This document shows, piece after piece, positions 9,636-18,089 of a DNA stretch of 32,000 nt. The DNA is from Candidatus Heimdallarchaeota archaeon (GTDB taxonomy: Archaea; Asgardarchaeota; Heimdallarchaeia; Heimdallarchaeales; Kariarchaeaceae), in NCBI GenBank assembly GCA_030149205.1, contig JASBSB010000001.1, positions 690,001 through 722,000 of the forward strand, given 5' to 3'. Position numbers and translations under genes: made by a program. How positions within the stretch are numbered: position 1 is the first letter of the stretch; every line of letters begins with the position of its first letter. The notes under the pieces were generated by a model. The model was not told where the DNA came from. It worked only from the letters and a program-made list of their open reading frames with translations, and ran no database searches.

Positions 9636-10463
9636 ATGGCAGAAGAAATTCCAGATTCTGAAATTGATGAGCTAGAAAGAAAGAGCAACAAAAGGAGAAT
9701 TCTGGAAAAGGATAAGAGTCAATTATCAACCGTGGAAACAGTGTTTGATGATAAAACACGATTGATCCTTTTTGGGCTGATTAACAAAGGAGTAATCGAC
9801 TCTGTGGAAGGGGCCATTTCAACTGGAAAGGAGGCAAATGTATATTTTTGTAAAGGGAAAAGACCAACAGTCTGTAAGATTTACAGGGTTGATTCACCAG
9901 CATTCAAAAAGATGAAGATTTATGTTGAGGGTGACCACAGATTCAAAAAGTTCAGACAGTCAAGACATGGATTCATCAAGGAATGGGCAAAAAAGGAATT
10001 CAAAAATCTCAAAAAGCTACGCAAAGTTGGTGTGCCTGTACCTGAACCGTATGATTTGGAAAGAAATGTCTTACTTATGGAATTTTTGAACAGAGATGAC
10101 ACACCACTTCCAAAATTGAAGGATGCAGAGGTTGTAAATCCAGCAAAGCTGTACAAGGAGATCATGGACTCTGTGAAGAAAATGGTCAGAGAGGCAAAAC
10201 TGATACATGGTGACTTGAGTCCTTTTAACATCCTCTTTGACGAGGTTGAACAGAGGTATTACATTATTGATGTTTCTCAATCAGTATTAGATTCTCACCC
10301 TCAGGCAGAATTATTTCTAATTCGAGATTTAATGAACCTAAATGATTTTTTTGCTGGGTTTGGTTTAGAGATTATAGAAATTAAAGACCTATATAGATGG
10401 ATCACGGGAATGCCAGGTGATGAGGGAAAAATACTCTTAGCCAAAAACTACAAGATTGAATAA
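9636..10463 (+). CDS. rio1: RIO1 atypical Ser kinase
   Basis: ISTGKEANVY, KIYR, WAKKEFKNL, VLLMEF, HGDLSPFNIL, IDVSQSV. Start is probably ATG 9633/9636 (TATA-like TTTATA at 9607) rather than TTG 9486. Confidence 0.93.
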   Translation: MAEEIPDSEIDELERKSNKRRILEKDKSQLSTVETVFDDKTRLILFGLINKGVIDSVEGAISTGKEANVYFCKGKRPTVCKIYRVDSPAFKKMKIYVEGDHRFKKFRQSRHGFIKEWAKKEFKNLKKLRKVGVPVPEPYDLERNVLLMEFLNRDDTPLPKLKDAEVVNPAKLYKEIMDSVKKMVREAKLIHGDLSPFNILFDEVEQRYYIIDVSQSVLDSHPQAELFLIRDLMNLNDFFAGFGLEIIEIKDLYRWITGMPGDEGKILLAKNYKIE

Positions 10464-10590
10464 TTTTGTAAGAAACCTATCCTAAGAGTCGAAAATTACC
10501 TATGTACCTCAAATCTGAGTTTCAATTGTAATTATCACAAAGTCAAGACAATAAACCATACCTTAAATGCTTTTTAGGAAAACAAAAACT

Positions 10591-11664
10591 ATGGCAGACG
10601 GAAAAAAAGTTGTTCTTGTCAATGGGACAGGGACAATAGGTGAACCATTAATTTCGCTTCTTTTGGGAATAAAGGATAAAGTTGGAATTGATGAAGTTCT
10701 TTTCTATAAGCATTCTCCAAGATTAACTGACAGACCAATGTTAAATGACCTTATTCGTCGTGGTGCAAAGATGGTCACTGAAGAATCAAAAAAGAGTGAG
10801 TTTGAACAACTTGGATTAAAGCCAGCTTACACCCTTGAAGAAGCATTGAACATTGCAGATGTTGTTGCTGACGCAACAAAAGAAGGCATTGGAGAAAAAA
10901 ATAAAGAGCTCTTTTACTCCAAACATGAAAATCACATCAAAGGGTTCCTGGCTCAAGGTTCTGAATCTAATTTTGGCATAATCTATGCAAACGGGATCAA
11001 CGATGAGATTTTTACCTCAGGACCATTGCCAAAATATGTGCAAATTGCCTCATGTAACACTCATGCCGCTGCTGCTTTGGTTAAACACCTTGGATATGCA
11101 AAAGAAGATAATTTTGAACATGCTGACCTAACGTTCATAAGAAGAGCTAGTGATGTATCACAGGATAAGAGTGTACCTGCCCCCACAATTTCTGCATTTG
11201 ATGATGAGGTATTTGGCACACACCACGCACAAGATGTTCATCGAATATTCAAAACCCTAGGGAAGAATATTGACATCTTTAGCAGTGCAATTAAGGTAAA
11301 CTCTCAATATATGCATAGCTTGTCTGCACACCTAAAATTTAAGGAACCACTAAGTAGGGATGAAATCATCAGTATCGTCAATGGGACACCTCAACTGGCC
11401 CTTACGAACAAGACCAGTGTCAATAAGGTTTTCTCCTTTGGTAGGGATCACGGATACTATGGGCGAATCCTTAATCAATCGGTCATAGTCGAACCTTCTG
11501 TCAAAGTAAATGGAGATCACCTATATCTCTGGTCAATGACACCCCAAGATGGGAACTCTATTCTAAGTTCAATCAAAGCTATTCTTTATTACCTCTATGA
11601 AGAAAATTCGAAAGTTGAAGAATTAATGAAGGTAGCAAACCCCTGGTTGTTTAATGAGGTTTAA
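10591..11664 (+). CDS. Divergent archaeal type II GAPDH-like dehydrogenase
   Basis: NGTGTIG dinucleotide-binding motif, DVVADAT, QG.E, catalytic-Cys motif SCNTH, RRASD, HHAQDV. ATG 10591 chosen from TATA spacing. Confidence 0.8.
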   Translation: MADGKKVVLVNGTGTIGEPLISLLLGIKDKVGIDEVLFYKHSPRLTDRPMLNDLIRRGAKMVTEESKKSEFEQLGLKPAYTLEEALNIADVVADATKEGIGEKNKELFYSKHENHIKGFLAQGSESNFGIIYANGINDEIFTSGPLPKYVQIASCNTHAAAALVKHLGYAKEDNFEHADLTFIRRASDVSQDKSVPAPTISAFDDEVFGTHHAQDVHRIFKTLGKNIDIFSSAIKVNSQYMHSLSAHLKFKEPLSRDEIISIVNGTPQLALTNKTSVNKVFSFGRDHGYYGRILNQSVIVEPSVKVNGDHLYLWSMTPQDGNSILSSIKAILYYLYEENSKVEELMKVANPWLFNEV

Positions 11665-11743
11665 AGTCACATCAAGAGCTAGACTGAAAAGTATCGAAAA
11701 TCTTAGTATAACTTAGTCAATAATTCTTATCAATTAGACAACA

Positions 11744-11751
11744 TTTATTAT
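11744..11751 (+). promoter_or_regulatory. TATA box of the ArsR-type gene (probably leaderless)
   Basis: TTTATTAT, 21 nt before ATG 11773. Confidence 0.55.
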
Positions 11752-11772
11752 CGCCCATTCTCTAGGTTAATT

Positions 11773-12633
11773 ATGAATCAGTTGCCAACCATCGAAAAAA
11801 TTTCTGTTGAAAAGCTAGATGGTGAGAAGAATGTCCTTGCTCCAAAGGGAGACAGAATAGACCTCGTTCTACAACAGGTGAACGCTCTTACCCAAAAGGT
11901 TGCAGACATTCAAAAAACTATTGACAAGGATCTTAGATTAACCTATGTTAATTCACTCAGCAAATTTTTGAGAAATGAGGCTGAGGATATGGTGGAGCGA
12001 CTGTCTTGTGGATACCACGCAAAAACCGAGTTACATTGCAAGAACTGGATATCTAAAAATATAAGAGGCTATCTTCAAAACCTTGAAAATGGAAATTTAA
12101 TAGATGCAAAAATATTCCTAGAATCTTTCCTTCTGGAAGTCAAGGGAAACATAAATGACATCGACAAGAATATGCATTGCAGAGAGGATTGGCAGACGAT
12201 CTATGAGATCCTAACCAGGCAACTTGACCTAATAAAAGATGTGGCAATCTTATTTACCCCAGCAGAAGAACAGCTAGCAACTCGCAAATATGATTTTGAA
12301 CCTAGCTTTATCAATGAAAAATTCATCAGTCCCTTATCTCACCCCATTAGAGTGAAAATTATCTACACATTAAAGGAAGCACCCAGAAGATTTACCGTGC
12401 TGAAAGATGAGTTAGAGATCAAGAACACCGGTCTCTTGGTTCATCACCTCAAACCACTACAGGATGCAGGCTTTGTTGTCCAAAATTACAAGAAAGAATA
12501 TCTGCTTACTGAGGATGGAATTCTGGTCAGCAAATTTCTAGCCCAGATAGACTCACAGCTCAGACCAACAGAGCCTATCAGAGTGAACATTGAACCAGTG
12601 AAAATAAAGAAATTAAAAGTATTAAACAAATAA
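11773..12633 (+). CDS. ArsR/HxlR-type winged-helix regulator with a long N-terminal Cys/His-containing helical domain
   Basis: C-terminal LSHPIRVKIIYTLKEAPRRFTVLKDELEI..GLLVHHLKPLQDAGFV..YLLTEDG; N-terminal part has CGYH, LHC and MHC. Confidence 0.75.
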   Translation: MNQLPTIEKISVEKLDGEKNVLAPKGDRIDLVLQQVNALTQKVADIQKTIDKDLRLTYVNSLSKFLRNEAEDMVERLSCGYHAKTELHCKNWISKNIRGYLQNLENGNLIDAKIFLESFLLEVKGNINDIDKNMHCREDWQTIYEILTRQLDLIKDVAILFTPAEEQLATRKYDFEPSFINEKFISPLSHPIRVKIIYTLKEAPRRFTVLKDELEIKNTGLLVHHLKPLQDAGFVVQNYKKEYLLTEDGILVSKFLAQIDSQLRPTEPIRVNIEPVKIKKLKVLNK

Positions 12634-12653
12634 AACAAATCAAATTAGATTAT

Positions 12654-12661
12654 CTTATAAC
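12654..12661 (+). promoter_or_regulatory. TATA box of HMG-CoA reductase (own promoter, probably leaderless)
   Basis: CTTATAAC, 21 nt before ATG 12683. Confidence 0.55.
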
Positions 12662-12682
12662 TCCTACTTCTAAAGACAGAGT

Positions 12683-13948
12683 ATGAAACCCACGTCTCGA
12701 ATTGAAGGCTTTCACAAGTTGAGTCAAAACGAAAAAATTGACAAAATTAAACAAATGGCAGGGCTAACAGACGACGAAGTAAAGATCTTGACCGCACAAA
12801 ACGTCCCAATGGATCTCTTCGACAGAATGATCGAAAACAACATTGGGGTGATGACTGTACCTATTGGTGTTGCAACCAATTTTATCATAGATGACACATC
12901 CAGATTGGTACCTATGGCAGTCGAGGAATCTAGTGTGGTGGCAGCTGCATCAAACGCTGCTAAGATGACCAGAAATCACGGGGGATTCCACACCTCAAGC
13001 ACAGGGTCTTATATGATTGGACAAATACAGGTACTTGATTTGCAGACTCCTGAATTTGCATCTCACATAATTTTGAGTAACAAAGAACAGCTTTTGAAGC
13101 TAGCCAATGAACAAGACCCAGTTCTTGTTAAGTTCGGCGGGGGTGCAACAGATTTAGAAACAAGAATCATCGGTACCAGTGTTGGGGATATGTTGATTGT
13201 CCATCTCATAGTTAATGCTCTCGATGCAATGGGAGCAAACGCAGTAAACACCATGGCTGAGGCAATCGCCCCAGAAATTGAAAAGCTGACTGGTGGGGTT
13301 GTACGTCTACGAATCCTCAGCAACCTTGCTGACAGGAGAGTGATCAGGGCACGTGCAGTGTTTGATGCTGAAATGCTGGGCGGGGAAGAGGTAGTTGAGG
13401 GAATAATTGATGCATGGGCATTTGCTGATGCAGACCCATACCGAGCAGCAACCCACAACAAGGGGATCATGAATGCTATTTCTGCGATTGCGCTTGCCAC
13501 TGCAAATGACTGGAGAGCGATTGAGGCAGGTGCACACAGCTATGCAGCCAGAAATGGATTCTATACCTCACTAACAACTTACGAGATAAATGAAGATGGA
13601 AATCTTGTTGGAACAATTGAGATACCGTTAGCACTGGGAACAATCGGGGGGGCATCAAGAATACACCCAACTGCACAGATCAATCTTAAGATCATGGGAG
13701 TGAAAGGGGCTCAAGAGTTAGCAAGTATCGTAGCATCTGTCGGACTGGCTCAAAACCTCGCAGCACTAAGAGCACTTGCAACAGAAGGTATTCAAAAAGG
13801 TCACATGAAACTTCATGCCAGAAACATGGCAACTCAGGTAGGTGCTGTTGGTGAGGAGATTGACAAAGTGGCAGCAAAGATGATAAAACTTGGTAAGGTT
13901 CGTGCTGATGTCGCTGAAGAGGCCCTAAAAGAAATCAGAAAAAAATAA
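12683..13948 (+). CDS. mvaA: Hydroxymethylglutaryl-CoA reductase, class II
   Basis: MIENNIG, PMAVEESSVVAA, DAMGAN, HNKGIMN, DWRAIEAG and GIQKGHMKLHARN are class II HMGR motifs. Confidence 0.96.
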   Translation: MKPTSRIEGFHKLSQNEKIDKIKQMAGLTDDEVKILTAQNVPMDLFDRMIENNIGVMTVPIGVATNFIIDDTSRLVPMAVEESSVVAAASNAAKMTRNHGGFHTSSTGSYMIGQIQVLDLQTPEFASHIILSNKEQLLKLANEQDPVLVKFGGGATDLETRIIGTSVGDMLIVHLIVNALDAMGANAVNTMAEAIAPEIEKLTGGVVRLRILSNLADRRVIRARAVFDAEMLGGEEVVEGIIDAWAFADADPYRAATHNKGIMNAISAIALATANDWRAIEAGAHSYAARNGFYTSLTTYEINEDGNLVGTIEIPLALGTIGGASRIHPTAQINLKIMGVKGAQELASIVASVGLAQNLAALRALATEGIQKGHMKLHARNMATQVGAVGEEIDKVAAKMIKLGKVRADVAEEALKEIRKK

Positions 13949-14112
13949 AAACCGCTTGAAAGTATATTTTGAAAGTATAGAAAGCATATATTTGGAATTT
14001 ATTGGGAATTTTAAGTAATTTAATTTTATTCCATGAAAAGAAATTAGTTTTCACTCTCAATAAACAGTCCTAAATAGAAGATTTATCAAGTAAAACCTGA
14101 TAATATTATTTA

Positions 14113-16089
14113 ATGACATTAAAGGTTCATGCCCCTTTCAAACCAATGGGAGATCAAGTTAACGCGATAAAAAAGTTATCAGAGGGATTCCAAAATGGTG
14201 AAAAGTTTCAGACACTTTTGGGGGTTACTGGAAGTGGAAAAACCTTCACCTCCTCTCACGTGATTGAAAAAATGAACCTCCCCACTCTGGTCATCGCCCA
14301 TAACAAGACTCTTGCAGCTCAGCTTTATGCAGAATACAGAGAGTTTTTTCCAGATGCTGCTGTGGAATACTTTGTCAGCTTTTATGATTACTACCAACCA
14401 GAGGCATATCTCCCAACCAAAGACCTATACATTAGCAAGGACTTCAGTATCAACGAGCAGATCGAAAAGCTGAGAAACTCAACCACCAAATCACTGGCTG
14501 AGAGGGATGATGTAATTGTGGTGGCTTCTGTGTCTTGTATCTATAATGTTGGTCTACCTCAGATCTATCGAGCCATGAGATTCCCAATCCATGTTGGAAT
14601 GAACATCGAAAGAGATGACCTCCTTAGACGCCTAATCAAGCTTCAATACAACAGGAATGAATATGAACTGAAACCAAAAACCTTTCGCGCAAAGGGAGAC
14701 ATAGTAGAAATATATCCCATCTATCAAGATACCAGCATTCAGATAGAGTTTTTTGGTGATGAAATTGAAAGGATCAACGAAAAGGATCCAAAATCAGGAA
14801 AGAAAATCAGAAGTTATGATGACATCACAATCTATCCTGGGACTCAGTATCTGACACAGGAAAAGGCTCTGGAAAATGGAATCCGGACAATAAAGGAAGA
14901 ACTCGAAATACGACACAATGAATTTCTAAATGTTGGAAAATACGCAGAGGCGGAACGAATCTTACAAAGAACGAATTACGATCTTGAACAACTGCAGCAG
15001 TATGGACACTGCGCAGGAATTGAGAATTACTCTCTCCACTTTGATGGCAGAAATCCAGGTGACCCTCCATACACTCTGTTAACTCACTTTCCAGAGGATT
15101 TTCTAATGATTGTGGATGAATCGCATGTCACCTTACCTCAGGTCAGAGGGATGTATGGAGGAGATTTCAGTAGAAAAAAGAATCTTGTGACATATGGGTT
15201 CAGACTTCCCTCTGCCTACGACAACAGACCCCTCAGATTTGAAGAGTTCGAAAACAGAATGCCATACACATTGTTTATGAGTGCAACCCCAGGTGATTAT
15301 GAGCTGAAAAAGTCACAATTCATTGTTGAACAGCTAATTAGACCAACAGGGCTAACAGAGCCAGATATTGATGTCAGAAGAACAGAAAATCAGATAGATG
15401 ATGTAATCGTAGAAATTCAAAAACGAATCAAGGTGGGTCAGAGAGCGTTAATTACCACACTCACCAAAAGAATGGCAGAGACGCTCTCAGAGTACCTACT
15501 TGAAATGGGAATCAAAGCCACATACATGCACAGTGATATTGATGCTCTAAACAGAGTGAAAATACTGAATGAGCTTAGGACTGGAGAGGTAGACGTGATA
15601 GTAGGAATCAACCTACTCAGAGAAGGATTAGACCTTCCAGAAGTGACTCTTGTTGCAATTTTAGACGCAGACAAAGAGGGATTCCTCAGGTCACGAAGAA
15701 GTCTTATTCAGACGATGGGAAGAGCCGCAAGAAATGTGGAAGGTATGGTAATTCTCTACGCAGACAAAATAACAATGAATATGAAAGAAGCGATTGAAGA
15801 GGTCACCAGAAGAAGAAAAATCCAACAGGAATACAACAAGAAACACAACATCCAGCCAAAAACAGTTGTCAGAGGAATCAAATCAGTCTTAGATGACTTA
15901 CAAGACATGAAACAGAAAGAATTCGACATCAAATATCAAGATGTCATGAAAACTGAGGATGTAAACGTCCTTATAGATGAGTTTACAGAGCTAATGAACG
16001 CTGCAGCTGAAAAGCTAGACTTTGAGGTGGCTGCCCAGCTAAGAGACAAGATAAGAGATCTAAAGAGACTTCAGGCTGTTGAATTATGA
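14113..16089 (+). CDS. uvrB: Excinuclease ABC subunit B
   Basis: LGVTGSGKT, HNKTLAAQL, YDYYQPEAY beta-hairpin, DESH, INLLREGLDLPEV, GRAARN, and C-terminal UVR domain (AAEKLDFEVAAQLRD). Confidence 0.97.
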   Translation: MTLKVHAPFKPMGDQVNAIKKLSEGFQNGEKFQTLLGVTGSGKTFTSSHVIEKMNLPTLVIAHNKTLAAQLYAEYREFFPDAAVEYFVSFYDYYQPEAYLPTKDLYISKDFSINEQIEKLRNSTTKSLAERDDVIVVASVSCIYNVGLPQIYRAMRFPIHVGMNIERDDLLRRLIKLQYNRNEYELKPKTFRAKGDIVEIYPIYQDTSIQIEFFGDEIERINEKDPKSGKKIRSYDDITIYPGTQYLTQEKALENGIRTIKEELEIRHNEFLNVGKYAEAERILQRTNYDLEQLQQYGHCAGIENYSLHFDGRNPGDPPYTLLTHFPEDFLMIVDESHVTLPQVRGMYGGDFSRKKNLVTYGFRLPSAYDNRPLRFEEFENRMPYTLFMSATPGDYELKKSQFIVEQLIRPTGLTEPDIDVRRTENQIDDVIVEIQKRIKVGQRALITTLTKRMAETLSEYLLEMGIKATYMHSDIDALNRVKILNELRTGEVDVIVGINLLREGLDLPEVTLVAILDADKEGFLRSRRSLIQTMGRAARNVEGMVILYADKITMNMKEAIEEVTRRRKIQQEYNKKHNIQPKTVVRGIKSVLDDLQDMKQKEFDIKYQDVMKTEDVNVLIDEFTELMNAAAEKLDFEVAAQLRDKIRDLKRLQAVEL

Positions 16090-16429
16090 TCCACAACTTT
16101 GACTAAAAGTCCTTTGTTCAATGACCAGTGAGGTAAGAGGTTTACATCCATGAACTCAGTCACAAAAGCATATCATCAAATAACCATAAAAATTTGAATA
16201 GATTACGACTACCCACATTCTATACCACACCAAAATTGTCATCACAGGGTGAATAGTTGAATAGTAGACAGGTGGCCATTTTCCTTGCTTGAAAGCTTAA
16301 AAACACTATAAAATTCATCATTTGTTTCCAAATTTGAACAGAGGTATCACTAAATTTCAAAGCTTTTTTCTATATTTTTACAACTAAAGTCTGGGGAGCT
16401 AACTAATTACACCCTGTGAAGAGGGGGTT

Positions 16430-17188
16430 TCATTTTCTAAATTTCTTAAAATAAACCAAGATCCCAGCAGTAAGAACCACAATTATACCAGAAAGAATAA
16501 ACCCTAAAAGATTGCTTGAGGTGTCTCGAAAGGAACCAACAGTAAAGGTGAGAAAATAATCACCACCTATTGGTTTGTTTAACACAACATTCGGTGAATG
16601 TGTGGGTTGATCATCCCAAAATCCAAACATAACAGCATAACTATCTCCAGAATGAAGAGCGATATCATACCCCTTTGTGTCACCAGAGTTCATCTGCTTC
16701 GCAAATTCAAACACCAAGGTTCCATTTAGCACACCAACAGTCCCCATTGTATTCTCAATGCCTCCGTTAGCCGTGTCATTAAAAACCTTGAAAGAATGAG
16801 TGTAGAAATCTTGAGACTCAGTGCGAAAGTAATTCACCAAAACCATATCGTCTGGAGACTGTTTTGTCCCATGAATCTTATGATCACCATTTCTGTCAAA
16901 CTCGATGCCAAAATAATCATGTAAACCTGAAGGATCCAATCTGATTACATCCCCTGGCTTGTTATGGGGGATCAATGCCAAGAAATAGATCCATTTGCTT
17001 GTATAAATAATTGACAGATTTAAGTTTTCACTATTCGTCAAGGGGATTGTATACTGGTAGGCACCTGACCATTCCCCCTTCTTTACAACCCCATCAAGAG
17101 TTGGAAGGGACGTCTGAGCATGAACGAAAAAAATAGGGAAGGGGAGCAGAAGAACCAACAAAAACAGCAGATCAAATGTTTTCCTCAT
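16430..17188 (-). CDS. Secreted, C-terminally anchored protein with a DOMON/CBM9-like beta-sandwich
   Basis: Signal peptide (MRKTFDLLFLLVLLLPFPIFFVHA|Q), LPTLDGVVKKGEW, DDMVLV, FEFAKQMNSGD..DI, and a C-terminal TM helix plus KKFRK. Confidence 0.6.
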   Translation of the reverse strand: MRKTFDLLFLLVLLLPFPIFFVHAQTSLPTLDGVVKKGEWSGAYQYTIPLTNSENLNLSIIYTSKWIYFLALIPHNKPGDVIRLDPSGLHDYFGIEFDRNGDHKIHGTKQSPDDMVLVNYFRTESQDFYTHSFKVFNDTANGGIENTMGTVGVLNGTLVFEFAKQMNSGDTKGYDIALHSGDSYAVMFGFWDDQPTHSPNVVLNKPIGGDYFLTFTVGSFRDTSSNLLGFILSGIIVVLTAGILVYFKKFRK

Positions 17189-17209
17189 CTAGCTTTTGTT
17201 CTGAAAATA

Positions 17210-17217
17210 GATATAAA
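17210..17217 (-). promoter_or_regulatory. TATA box of the DOMON-like gene
   Basis: TTTATATC on the minus strand, 21 nt before ATG 17188. Confidence 0.55.
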
Positions 17218-17468
17218 TCATTAGAGATAAGTTCTCAGGAAAATATATAAAATATCATCAGCAGTTACTAGATCCGAACAAATAGATGGGACATGAAAAA
17301 AAAATTAATTTATTAAGTGAAGAGTTGAGTGATTAAGATATAATTTTACTATGGATAAATTTTGATTAAACGTCAGTTTGAATCATAAACTATTTATTTT
17401 GTGAAATGTCTGAACTCAACACCCATAATACTTATTTAAAATTAGCGGGATTCATTATAGGGAGAACT

Positions 17469-17837
17469 ATGGATTATCAAAGCTTCCGGGAATTCCTCGA
17501 CCAAAAACCTGCACTTTCTGAGCTAATTAAAGCCTTTTTTGGCTTAAACTACGTAGAATATGAAACCTTTGAGATCCTTATTAAACATGATGAGCTGAAT
17601 GTGAGTCAGATAATGACACTCCTTGGAAGGGATGACAGAGTCCTAGTAAACCGATGCCTCAAGAAACTAAGGGAGAGTGACCTTGTGATAAGAGCAAAGG
17701 AGAGCAGGACAGGAAGACGGGGCTACTGGTACGTATACAGTCTCATCTCACTTGAAGAGCTACAAAACAAGATGACAGACCTGATTGACCTATGGTGCAA
17801 ACATGCACGTATCGTTATTGAACGAATGAACAGCTAG
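17469..17837 (+). CDS. TrmB-like/COG3355-type winged-helix regulator
   Basis: IKAFFGLNYVEYETFEILIK..LNVSQIMTLL..VNRCLKKLRESDLVIR...GYWYVYS. GGAGA precedes ATG 17469; an alternative start is 17406. Confidence 0.72.
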   Translation: MDYQSFREFLDQKPALSELIKAFFGLNYVEYETFEILIKHDELNVSQIMTLLGRDDRVLVNRCLKKLRESDLVIRAKESRTGRRGYWYVYSLISLEELQNKMTDLIDLWCKHARIVIERMNS

Positions 17838-18061
17838 AATTCAACGTAAACAGATGATAGTAGATTAAACCCCAATGTGAGTAAACCCATCCCCGGTTGT
17901 AACATTGTGTAGACCCACCATAAGTGAATCTATGCTCTTGGATTGAGAGGAACTAAAATGAATAGAAAAATATTATAATTGTACTCATATTGATTTGTAA
18001 ACTTGAAGGAACAACCTTATGTTTTTATCCACAAATGTGCGTACAATGGTCACCAAAAATC

Positions 18062-18069
18062 CTTATAAA
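18062..18069 (+). promoter_or_regulatory. TATA box of the first SBBP gene
   Basis: AAAAATC-CTTATAAA (purine-rich BRE-like segment then TATA), 20 nt before ATG 18090. Confidence 0.6.
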
Positions 18070-18089
18070 GTGTAACCATTACGAGTTTT

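Noticed and set aside
17860-17945. Weak TGTG..A(A/G)ACCC repeats downstream of the TrmB-like gene
   Set aside because: Only two or three degenerate copies; compatible with chance.
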